The notes beneath the pieces were generated by a model that was given only the letters and a program-made list of their open reading frames with translations, searched no databases and had not been told where the DNA came from. A program made the translations under genes and the position numbers. A stretch of DNA of 64,000 nt from Lingula anatina (lineage: Eukaryota > Animalia > Brachiopoda): assembly GCA_051362555.1 (NCBI GenBank), contig CM120642.1, positions 2,108,001-2,172,000 on the forward strand. Direction: 5' to 3'. Shown in pieces: positions 51,901 through 63,900 of this stretch; the stretch's first letter is position 1; each line of letters begins with the position of its first letter.

Positions 51901-54900
51901 TGATGGGACAGAACTGGTTGGAAGGAGGTTGAAATAGAGACCTTTCACTGATGCATTGATCTTCAAATTGCCTGTCAACATTTGCGAACAAGTTTGTATG
52001 CAATGTCATGTCAGAATGTTGATCTGATGCCGTGCTTTCTAAAACCAGTCTCTTCTTAGCGCTGAATTGGGCTCCTCTTGCTCCTGAAACACCACCTATG
52101 AATTTGGCAGGGGCACTCTGCCTGAGCTGATCCAGTTGGTTTTCGATTTGCCTTGATGTCGGTGTATTTGAAGCACTGCTGAACTTCAGACACTCGGTCT
52201 GCGTTGGCTGGGGATAGGTTGGGGTTACTTTGACAATGGCAGTTTCTTGGGTAAACTTGGGTGTAGTGAAGGGATTTGGACTACCTAAAAGAAAAGCAAA
52301 AATAGAGCCATGTATTTCATTTTTGTAAGTGTTAACAAATGATTGACAAAAAAAAGACAAACAAAAGCACTCCATTTCCAAGGTTTTTGAATGATTAAAT
52401 TTTATCTACTCAAAAGGAATTATCTATGGAATGACTTCAATGTATCATTTTTGCACTTTTTTAAAAAAAATATTTATCATGCTTTAATTTTTATCACATG
52501 AATGGGATTTTTTTTTCTATATTCTTGACTTCAAACAGAAACGATGACCATATTTAAATATAACATGTGGACAACAATTGAAACCAATAAACACATTAAT
52601 TATCATCTTTTAAATTTAGTGTTCATCAGTAAAACAAATTGCATGCATTCAACTTCATGTCATCAGACAGGCGCCACTAGGCCTACCTTGCCCAGAAGTA
52701 TGTTGTTCCAAGGGGTCCATGACATAAGGCAATGGTGAGTGCATCAAGAAAGCCATCCCTTCAATGGTCAGCCGTGGTGACCTGTGAACTATCCCTACTG
52801 GAACCTTACCACTAGCAGCACCCAGTACCCGTGGACTGCAAGACACTGAGGTCTTGGCTCCATTGTGTCTGTTGTTTGCCATGTGGTGATTGTCTTTTGG
52901 AGAGGTTAATGGGAAAATTACCACAGCTGATGATTGCCTAAGAGACCTGTTGTCTTTATCATCTTGTTGGTATTGAAACTCCTCATGCTGCTGATACTGA
53001 AAATCTTCAGGCTGCTGATACTGAAACTCCCCATGCTGCTGATATTGAAACTCTTCATGCTGTTGATATTGAAACTCACCCACGGGAACACGCGAAGGAA
53101 GTTTGTTTTGCACTACAGTAAAAGTTGCATTTGTTCCAACACCAAATGGCTGCATTTGTGGTGTATTGACAGTGGTCATGCTGATATCCATGGCTTCTTC
53201 CTTCCCATGTTTGTATCTGCACACATCCTTCTCCCTCATACCCAAATCATACTTTTCTTCTGGGACACACTGCCAGACGGCTTCACGAGATTTCCGTTTA
53301 TCTGTGGTGCTTTGTTTTGAATTCTCTCCTATAAACACCTGCCTTTTACTTATCAAGGACTCTGTGTGAACTACATGTGGAGGCTGCTCACCTGAGACTG
53401 ATTCGCCAGCATTCAAAGTCTGAAAGTTTTGAGGGCTCACCGCCATTGGAGAATTGGAGGTTGTAATTTGAGGCGAGTTCATTGATACGGCGTCATACTC
53501 GTTCATATGTATGGATGTCAAAGCAGTTTCTTCTGAAAAGTAGGTCTCTTTCATTTTAGCAGTTCTATGGTTGTCCTTCCTTGGTGACTTAATCTCATTT
53601 CTACAATTTTCAAGCTCTGAGCTCTTTTTTTCTGAAGAGTCAAAGTTTTCAGATCTGGTGGAAGCTAAAAAGGGGGCTACCTCAACCATATTCTTTTTAT
53701 AATAGTTTGATTTGGGTTTTCTGTCAAGCTTTGAGCTAGATGATGTCTTCTCTGGTGTAAACATGGAAATGAACAAGGGGTTAGTTGGACATGAATTTAC
53801 AGGCTGTGGTGTTATCCTCCTTTTGGCAGTTAAGATTTGGCGTTTCTCTAAAATTTTCACCTGAAAACCAATGATTGTAATGTCAAAGCAATAAAACTAA
53901 CACAACATAAGGAACATTAAGAATGAACTTTATATGCTGGTTCATATATTATAACAGACAAATGGATGTATTTTTAATTCATCAAGAAAAAGGCAATTAT
54001 ACATAAATATACTCTATATAGAAATATACGGTAAAACTGCAGCTTATTTTTTCCTGCATGACCTTGAAACCATGATACTCAGATTAACATAGATATCACT
54101 GATAACAACAAACAGTTTAATCAACAAGCAGAAACCGTCAACCCAAAATGACTTGTTTCTTAAATTACCTTCTCTTGTTTCTCTGTTTCTTGTGCATCCA
54201 CTCTTTTTCTGCCAGAGCCTTTGGAATCTGATTTAGATGATCTATGTTCTGACACACCATCAACCACATCACCCTCAACTTCCCAGTTGTCCTGTTCAAC
54301 GTCACTATCACTATCACATGAAATAAATATCTCTTCATCACTTGGCTCAGGTTCCTCTGCAACATCTTCGTTCTTAAGCTTTGAGTTTGAGGAAGTCTTC
54401 TTCAGTGTAAAAGTGTTATTATGAACAGTGGTCCCTGGAGACGAGTTTACAGCCTGTAGTGCTGCTCTTTTCTTAGCATTTAAACATTTCACCTACAAAA
54501 CAATAATGGCTGTCTCAAATGTATAATCTTAAACAGTAAACACAAATGCTGGGTCACAAAGTATACTTGCTATGAATATGAAACAGAATCTGTCTTCTTT
54601 AATTCATGAAAGGAATGGCACTCAAGACAAAAGTTATATACTGTATTAGTAAAATTAGTTCTACCAAGCCAGCCTTGAATCCAATTGTCTTATAAAAAGA
54701 ATGGTTCTATGAATTATCAGAAATATCAACCCAAAATGACCCGTTTTTAAATTTACCTTATCCTGTTTCTCTTGCACTTCTGCTCTTTTTCTACCAGAAC
54801 CTTTGGAATCCGATTTAGATGATTTCTGGTCTGCCACACAATCAATACCATCATCCTCACTTTCCCACTGGTCTTGTTCATCCTCGCTGTCACTGTCACC

Positions 54901-57900
54901 AATACTCTCCCCGTCACTGGGCTCAGGTTCTCCTATGATACTTTCGTTCTCCAGGACTTTCGAAATAAAATCTTCAGCAATCTCTGGAATTTTCAAACAT
55001 GATTAAAAAATTAATATAATTTAAAAGCAAAAGAAGTTTCTACAGGACAACTTCAGGTCTGTGGGGGGAGGGGGTCTTTATTTTTTAAAAGTGGAACTTT
55101 TTATTGTGAACCATACATCTTCACATAAAATAGATCAAATGATGATTAAAAGCAGACCTTTCACGTACCAAAGGGTGGTTTGTTGAACCTCCTCCCAGAC
55201 ATGCTAAAAACTTTTCATTTGGACCGGCAGTAATGAAAAATTTGGCAGACCGAATGGATTTTTGTCAGACCGAAAATCACTCTATTCGTTTGAGACAAAT
55301 AGTACCAATACAATTAGGGTAGCTTACTTTGTTTCTGAATGTGATAGTTTTGAAAAGGAAGGAAAAAACGCTTTGGGTTTTATATAATTTTGAAGTATGT
55401 CAAAAGATGACTGTAAATTCAAAATTGCGGTTCTTAAAACTCTTGTCCTTTGGACCGACCAAGTCCAATTTTCTACCGGTCATGACCAATCGGACCCACA
55501 GTTTCAGCGTGTCTCTCCTCCACTCAAACTTCTAAGAATTTGGGATTAAAAAAATCAAATTTCTCCCATGATGGTAAAAAATTGCTTTAAACTGTTAGGG
55601 ATTTTATAAACAATTGAAAAAAAACTCTGTTCAAAGTTGTCAAAGCAGGTTTTAAGTTAAATGTTAGCAATCATGATGAGGCTAATTTGAATTAAATACC
55701 AGATTTAACACATGTTACAGGCCATAATCTGAAACATGTAGGATGTTTCTTTAAACACTAGTGTGACTGTGGATGGTATTTAGGAAGGAATTTTCTCGCA
55801 CCTTTAGCAAAATACTTTTTCAACCATAATGAATATAAAACAACGGCTCCCACATTTCAGGTTACTGTAGTAATCTCAGATCATGGCCTATAAGGACATA
55901 TCAAGCACTTCTTTGTGATATATACCTTCCTCTGCTGTTCCCCGTACTGTGCTCTCATCATGCAGTGATCTCATGAGAGACTCCTCTTGATCCAAGGAAT
56001 CAAAGACTGAGCTACTAAACTTGCTACTGCTCTGAAATTTAGAACAGTTTCTCTTCTGCTTTACTTTATAGGGCTTAAAACCAGGATTCAACTATATATA
56101 AACATTTCTTGATTGGGTTTTTAATCAGCACAATTACAAAAAGAAATATCATGAAAAGAAAATACGAGCTATTTCAATGTGATGCAACACTAATACCAAT
56201 TATCAAGGTACCAAAATATTCCCTATTGCTAGACTGACTTTTACTTATGTGATCACCCTTAAAAGTTCCTCATGATTACTTGTTCAGCCATAATTGTCCA
56301 TAAACAAGTAAGCACACACTGTGCACATATATATTGCATGCAGGACATTTCATTCCTACCAGTGTATGAAATTAGACCTAATGACAGACCGCAACACAGA
56401 ATTAATGATACTAGTATAAATAAAGAAATATTCAAATTACCTTGCTGTTTTCGCCAGAAGCAAATCCAGATTCATTTGGATCAAATGCCAATGGCAGCTT
56501 TGCTACAAAAAGAAACTCTGGTAAATTTATATTGAAAGCCTATGTGTTTATACCAATGGACACTTTATCACTCACACTCTATCACAATCATATAACATCA
56601 GTACACGGCTCATTAAGAAATCTGATCAGACATACTGCACTTAAATATTAATGTATAATTAAAGGTATCTCCTCCATTTGGTAGCAAATAACTCTGACAT
56701 AAAAAGTAGAGAAGACAATTTAAATACTAGTAAGAGCATTGATCATTTGTTTATATAAATATGACAATAAATATTTTACCTCTGCCCTTCACTGAAGCAA
56801 GCTGTGTTTGTCCAAAAGCTTGGGCTTTTTTAATTTTTTTCAGTCGTCCTGTAAATGTTGCTAAATTATGTTATTATCGTAATATAGGATAGACAGGCAT
56901 CTGTTTAATGTTTAAATTTAGATTTCTACCTTCATGGTATCAAGTCTTTCCTGATTATCAAAACATGAAAACAACATAATTATTCTGCTTTTGCTTGTTA
57001 AAAAGCAGTATTCTTTTGTTTTTTCTTCAATTTTCCACCCATTTTATATTACAAAATTCATGCTGACCTTTAACAGTGTGTGTGTGTGTGTGTGTGCGTG
57101 TGTGTGTAATTCAACATGGAAATATGAAAGCTTACTTACCAACTTCATTTTCAATTACAAAACTTTCAAGATCAATGATATCATCTCTATGAAAAGGCTT
57201 ATTATACTGAAAAAAAGAACTGTATGATAATGAATTATGCAACAAGAAATCTTAAGTAGAAAACAACCAAGTTCATGGTTAAGATAGAATAATTATAGTA
57301 ATACATCCCCATCCTGACATCACTAGTAAATATATAAACAAGGCAGCAAAGCTGTCAAATGTACAGACAAAAAACAGAAAAAAAAGATGCAAAAGAGGTC
57401 ATTTTGTCAATTTTGATGCAACAATAAATAATGCTTATAATAGCAGTCAGTCAACACTGATTTTTCATTATGCACAACAGGTAACATGGTCAATAACAGG
57501 AGCAGATCCAGAAATATTTTTGACAGTATTCTAAAGTATCTTTATTGATCCATCTTCCATTTTGATGGTCTTCCAAAAGAAAAAAATAGATACCCATCAA
57601 TATAAAAAATCTAACTGTCTTCCAGGAGACCCAGAAGATGGGTCTCAATCCACCCCTTCAATTAGATTATAGTTTCATGACCATGAGAGTTAAAATTCAC
57701 ATGATGAAAGTCCCAATATAAGAAAAATGATGACAGTGCATAAAATAATATTACCAGTGTTTAAAGACATGAATACCAATACAACTGCTTACGTGGAAAT
57801 ACAGAAATTGTGCAGAGCCTCAGGTGGATGGGAAAGTCACATCTTAAAAATGCCAGTGTTGGAGAAGAAATTAAAAAGAAAACAACAAAAATATAATCTA

Positions 57901-60900
57901 ATGAAGCTGCTATTCAGTGCTTCCTTATTATGGACACTGTTATCTAGCAGAGAGCTTAACCTTTGGGAGTTTACAGGGAAATATCAACAAGTGTGATTTA
58001 TGAAATCTCATTTAATGGCCACTTAATCAGGCAAATGAGTTTATAGCACTAAACTTAGCCTAGTGAATACCCAAGGGGAATTTACAGACTGACCACACAA
58101 ATTTGTCCCATAAGACACAGCTTAAGAAAAGCACAAAACAATAATGCACAAAAATAGGAGACTGCCAATTCTGATGCAATAGTACATTATGTTTAACTGC
58201 ACAGTCAATATCAAATTTTAATTATGCAGAACAGGTAACAACGACGAAAGTAAAAGCATAAGGCTTCAGGTCCATCAAAGTTCAAATTTACAATTAGAAA
58301 GAGCCAGAATGAGAAAAATGAAAATTTAACACAAAATTGCATAAATTCAATAATAAACTAGAGGATCAGAGAGGCGATACCGCCTCCGAATATTGTACCA
58401 CCAGCTGGAGCAAGCGCATTCGTATAGACCCCCACATATACAAAATAAGGAACACAGCCACCAGTCTTGTGCTTGACAAGCTGTAAAAATGCAATCAACA
58501 AGAATTTTCAAAATATGCAAAAAATATATATATTACTAAAAATGGTACAATCAAAGTTAAGTTCATCGTAAGGTAGGTCAAAGGTCAATTCCAAGGTCAC
58601 AGTAAATTGCCAGTATATGACTTCCTATTCAACTTCAATAGTAACTATGGGCCTATCTCTGCCAGGTTTGGAGTTAAAAGAGAAAGAAATTAGCAGAGTT
58701 CAGTTCATGATAATAAGTAGGTCAAAGGTCAATTTCAAGGTCACACTTAGATTGCCAGTATAAGACTTCCTATTCACGTTCAATAGTAACTATGGACCTA
58801 TCTCTGCCAGTTTTGGAGATAAAGGGGAAGCAAAATATGCAAAGTTCAGTTCATGGTGAAAAGTAGGTCAAAGGTCAATTTTTAGGTCACTTTTAGATTG
58901 CCAGTATATGTCTTCCTATTCAACTTCAATAGAGACTATGGACCTATCTCTGCCAGTTTTGGAGATAAAAGGGAATCAAATTTTGCAAAGTTCAGTTCAT
59001 GGTGAAAAGTAGGTCAAAGGTCAATTTTAAGGTCACATGTAGATTGCCAGTATATGACTTCCTATTCAACTTCAATAGAGACTATGGACCTATCTCTGCC
59101 AGTTTTGGAGATAAAAGGGAAGCAAAATTTGCAAAGTTCAGTTCATGGTGAAAAGTAGGTCAAAGGTCAATTTTAAGGTCACATTTAGATTGCCAGTATA
59201 TGTCTTCCTATTCAACTTCAATAGTAACTATGGACCTATCTCTGCCAGTTTTGGAGATATAAGGGACTAAATGTTATAATTTTGGAGTTACCATAATGTG
59301 CCATAAATTTCCTACAGAAAAAATTAATTAAAATAAAGAAAAGGTCATTTTGGTCAAAATTCTTGAAATGGGAGGTGCTCTGAAGTTCCAGATGTTCAAA
59401 TTTGATGAAATAATGTCATTTTTGACCACAAGTTGTCTGCTTTGCCAAGCCTTATGTTTTATTTTTCCGGAGTTCAAAATTTATTATCCATTACCGTACT
59501 GCACATTTTGCTTTCACCACCAATATGTACTTTTTGATACAGCGTAACTCGAAAACCGTATGGAATACAAAAAAACGGAGACCACCTCCAGTGTTCTGCT
59601 TTACATGCTCTACAAAATGCAAAAAAGAATGGGTGTCTGGCATTAACGGTTCCCGATTTAGAGACAGTTTTCAGTTTCGATATCTTATGGCCGCTAATTC
59701 CGTGAAAATGCACCGATTGACCCCAAATTCACGGAGATGAAAGATGACCTGAAGGGTAACACTTTCCATTAATATTATTAGTTAAGTCTGTGTGGTGTCT
59801 GAATAAGACCGCAAATAATTTTTTTTTCGGCAAAAATTTTGTTTTTTTGAAAATTTTGGCCCGTTTGACCTTGAAATAAAGGTCAAAGGTCAAATCCAAG
59901 GGCATATTTGAAATCTACACATATGACTTTTGGAAAGCTGTCTGTAGAAATTTTTCCCATAATTCCTTCCGTAGGGGAGATAATTAGCATTTAATTTTGC
60001 CATTTTTGGACAAGGGTGCATTGCAATGAGTGCCACACCTAGACCCCAATACCGACAAAGCCCAAATTTTACGTGGAACGAGTTGAGATTATAGGTGACC
60101 TAAATCCAAGAGATGGGTATGGAGGCCATTACCGTCTAGGAGGAGAAGCGGTAACGGTGACTTGGCGGCGGAGCCGCAGGAGCCGCAGGAGCCGGCGGAG
60201 CCGGCGGAGCCGCAGGAGCCGGCGGAACATACGGGTCGGGACTAAAACCATGTGTACCGCCAGCGCCTACGCTGGTGGTACAATGATAACCCAATTGAGC
60301 TGGCTTTCTAATTTGAACTGCATGCCAATCCTAAAAATCATACTTGTAAGTTAAACACAATAATAGGTAACACAGTTTTCTTTCCATAATGTTTGCAGAA
60401 GCAGTACAAAAATATTTTTGTCAATTTTGATGTAACATTACATAATAATTTATAGAATAATGATCACCAATTTTTTATTATTGACTATGAATAGCAAGGA
60501 CATGTAGAAAATTTGATTACCATTCGGCTTCATGTCCATGGGAGTTCTGAGTCCCACAATGAATATGCCAAAAAGATAATAATGAATATTTCACTAGACT
60601 GCTTTTCCAACTTTTTTTGAAAGATTGAGTCGTAAGTAACATGATTTTCCCATAATGGTCATCATGGCAGCAACACCAAAAATTATGTTTTCTTCTATTT
60701 TGATGCAACATTACATAATGTTTAACAGCATAATGACCATCAATTTTTAATAATAAAATATTAGTATCATGGATATTCAGAAAATGTGACTAGCAAAGGT
60801 CTTCAAGCCCGTGGAGGTTCTAAGTCACACCTTGAAAATGACAATAAATGAATAATTAAATTTTCACAAAAAACTGTTTTATTGCCAGAAAAATTTACCA

Positions 60901-63900
60901 AACAGACTGCATTGCCTACTGAAGCTATATTTTAGTCCCATGTTTCTTTCCTGTAAGTTTGAGAACAGTGAGTGATATGATTTTCCTTAAATGATCATAT
61001 GTCCAACTAAGAAAATTGATGAGATGGGAAAAGTATCAATAGAACAGTGTTAATTGTGTTTTCTTCTATTTTGATGCAACATTACATAATGCTTAACAGC
61101 ATAATGACCATCAATTTTTAATAATAAAATATACATCATGGATTTTCAGAAAATGTGACTAGTATGGGTCTTCAAGCCCGTGGAGGTTCTAAGTTGCACC
61201 TTGAAATTGCCAATATGTGAAAAATTAAATTTTCACAAAAAAACTGTTTAATTGCCAGAAAATTTTACCAAACAGACTGCATTGCCTACTGAAGCTGTAT
61301 GTTAGACCCATGTTTCTTTCCTGTAAGTTTGAGAACAGTAAGTGACATGATTTTCCTTAAATGGTCATCATGGGAGCAGTGCCCAAAATAGGGGTTTCTT
61401 CAAATTTTGATGCAATATTACATAATGTTTAACAGCATAATGACCATCAATTTTTAATTATAAGATATTAGTATCACGGATATTCAGAAAATGTGACTAG
61501 CAAAGGTCTTCAGGCCCATGGAACTTCAAAGTCACATCTTGAAAATGCCAAAATGTAAACAAGACAGCACTGTTCTGAAATGGGTTTAGTTCCATTTTTA
61601 ACACTTTTTTAACATAAAACAAAATAAACATTTTACTGCCATTTTTATATGGCCAACTAAAAAAATTGATGAGATGGGAAAAGTATCAATAGAACAGTGT
61701 TAAATGTCCAATTTCCTCCATTCTGAGATTCTGAACATAGTGGAGGATTGAATCTGACAAACTGCAATGATATGAGTTTATTTCCATTTTTGACACTTTA
61801 TTACACATTACATGATAACAAGTTTACCATGTTTTTTACATAATCAACTAACAATGTTGTAAAGATGCAGGAAATATCAAACAAACACTTTTACGCATCT
61901 TATTAGTTCAATAATGAGACTGTTAACATGCCTAATAATTGAATCTGAGGAAATGTGAAAAAACAGTATAACTTCTAAAATAATGGCCCGCTTATGCTGA
62001 TTTTTGAACTCAACCTGCGTTTTAGTAAGATTGACAACTTCTGTGAGTATAATGACAATTGGCCAATCCGTTTTTCTTATATTGTGTTATCAGTGTTGCA
62101 TTTATATTGAAAAAAGTGAAAAAAACAGCATAAATTCCCTAAAAATGGCCCAATCATGCTGATTTTTGAACTTGACCTGCGTATTATGAATATTCATCAG
62201 TTCTGTAAGTTTCAAGCCAAAAGGTAAAAGGGTTTTCCACTTATCGTGTTATCGGTGCTGTATATATGCTGAAAAAAGTGAAAAAAACAGCATAACTTCC
62301 CTACAAGTGACCCGATCATGCTGATTTTCGAACTTGACCTGCGTATTATGAATATTCATCAGTTCTGTAAGTTTCAAGCCAAAAGGTGAAATGGTTTTCC
62401 ACTTATCGTGTTATCGGTGCTGCATATATGATGAAAAAAGTGAAAAAACAGCATAACTTCCCAAAAAATGGCCCGATCATGCTGATTTTCGAACTTGACC
62501 TGCGTATTATGAATATTCATCAGTATTGTAAGTTTCAAACCAAAAGGTAAAATGGTTTTCCACTCATCGTGTTATCGGTGCTGCATATATGCTGAAAAAA
62601 GTGAAAAAACAGCATAACTTCCCTACAAGTGACCCGATCATGCTGATTTTCGAACTTGACCTGCATATTATAAATATTCATCAATTCTGTAAGTTTCAAG
62701 CTGAAATAAAAAACAGTTTTCCACTTATCGTGTTATCGGTAAAAGTGCACGGCGACGACGGCAACGACGGCGACGGCGACGACAGACGCAGATGATGGCT
62801 ATATGTACAGACACATCTGTGTCTGTACATAAAAACAGCATAAATTCCCTAATAGTGACCCGATCATGCTGATTTTCGAACTCGACCTGCGTATTATGAA
62901 TATTCATCAGTTCTGTAAGTTTCAAGTCAAAAGGTAAAATGGTTTTCCACTTATCGTGTTATCGGTGCTGCATATATGCTGAAAAAAGTGAAAAAACAGC
63001 ATAAATTCCCTAATAGTGACCCGATCATGCTGATTTTCGAACTTGACCTGCGTATTATGAATATTCATCAGTTCTGCAAGTTTCAAGTCAAAAGGTAAAA
63101 TGGTTTTCCACTTATCGTGTTATCGGTAAAAGTGCACGGCGACGGCGACGACAGACGCAGATGATGGCTATATGTACAGACACATCTGTGTCTGTACATA
63201 AAAAGGGGAGACATGAAAATAATTCATATGTAACATTTGCCAAATGCGCAGTTGTGCAAATAGTTTCAAACTGAAAAATCATCAAAAATATACCTTTTAA
63301 GTCATCAAGATTCATATCTCTCAATTTTGGTTTGAACAACTGAACTTCAAATAATTTTGATCTTCAATCAGAAAATAAGTTTAAATAAAGTTTCATTTTA
63401 TTTGGCAGTTATCTGCAAAATACAGAAGTGAGATGTTCCCATTTAGGCTGTGTACGTATTTCTGCAAGGACACATAATGCCAGGTCAGAAAATTTTCTTT
63501 CCTGCAACAGTCCTCAATTAAAAGTTGTCTTCTACACCTTTTGCCTTTTCTTAAATGCTATCAGTATTTATAATTAACATAATAATTAACATATCACAGT
63601 TTAAAACATTGTTAAAATCATCAACTTTTTAAGTTTTAACATTTTATTATTCCAAAAATGTCTAATGAATTTTAAATAAAATAACACTACAACACACAGA
63701 ACTTATGAAGAAATGCATATACTTGTTTTCATGTATCAGAAATATCTTAAAATAGCACAAATATATCCGAGTGAGTTTTTTCTCAAGGTTATTTTCGTCG
63801 ATGAGAGAGACTCAGAGAGAGAGGCCGAAGAGAGACCAGATAGAGAAAGATCAGATGGTACGGGTGCTTGAAGAAATGAGCTAAGTTAGCAGATCTGACT

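Noticed and set aside
60073-60354. Protamine-like RRSRRS ORF
   Set aside because: Translation of the 9-bp microsatellite within the HINE-like element.
58555-63200. CRISPR-like arrays
   Set aside because: Units are contiguous near-identical monomers without unique spacers, in a spliceosomal-intron context with no cas genes.
63294-63339. Possible exon LFKPKLRDMNLDDLK of the HJURP-like gene
   Set aside because: It has AG/GT ends, but including it before the 57206 exon breaks phase, and the 63904>57206 join restores the IIDK-YNKPF motif. It could only be a mutually exclusive alternative, for which there is no support.
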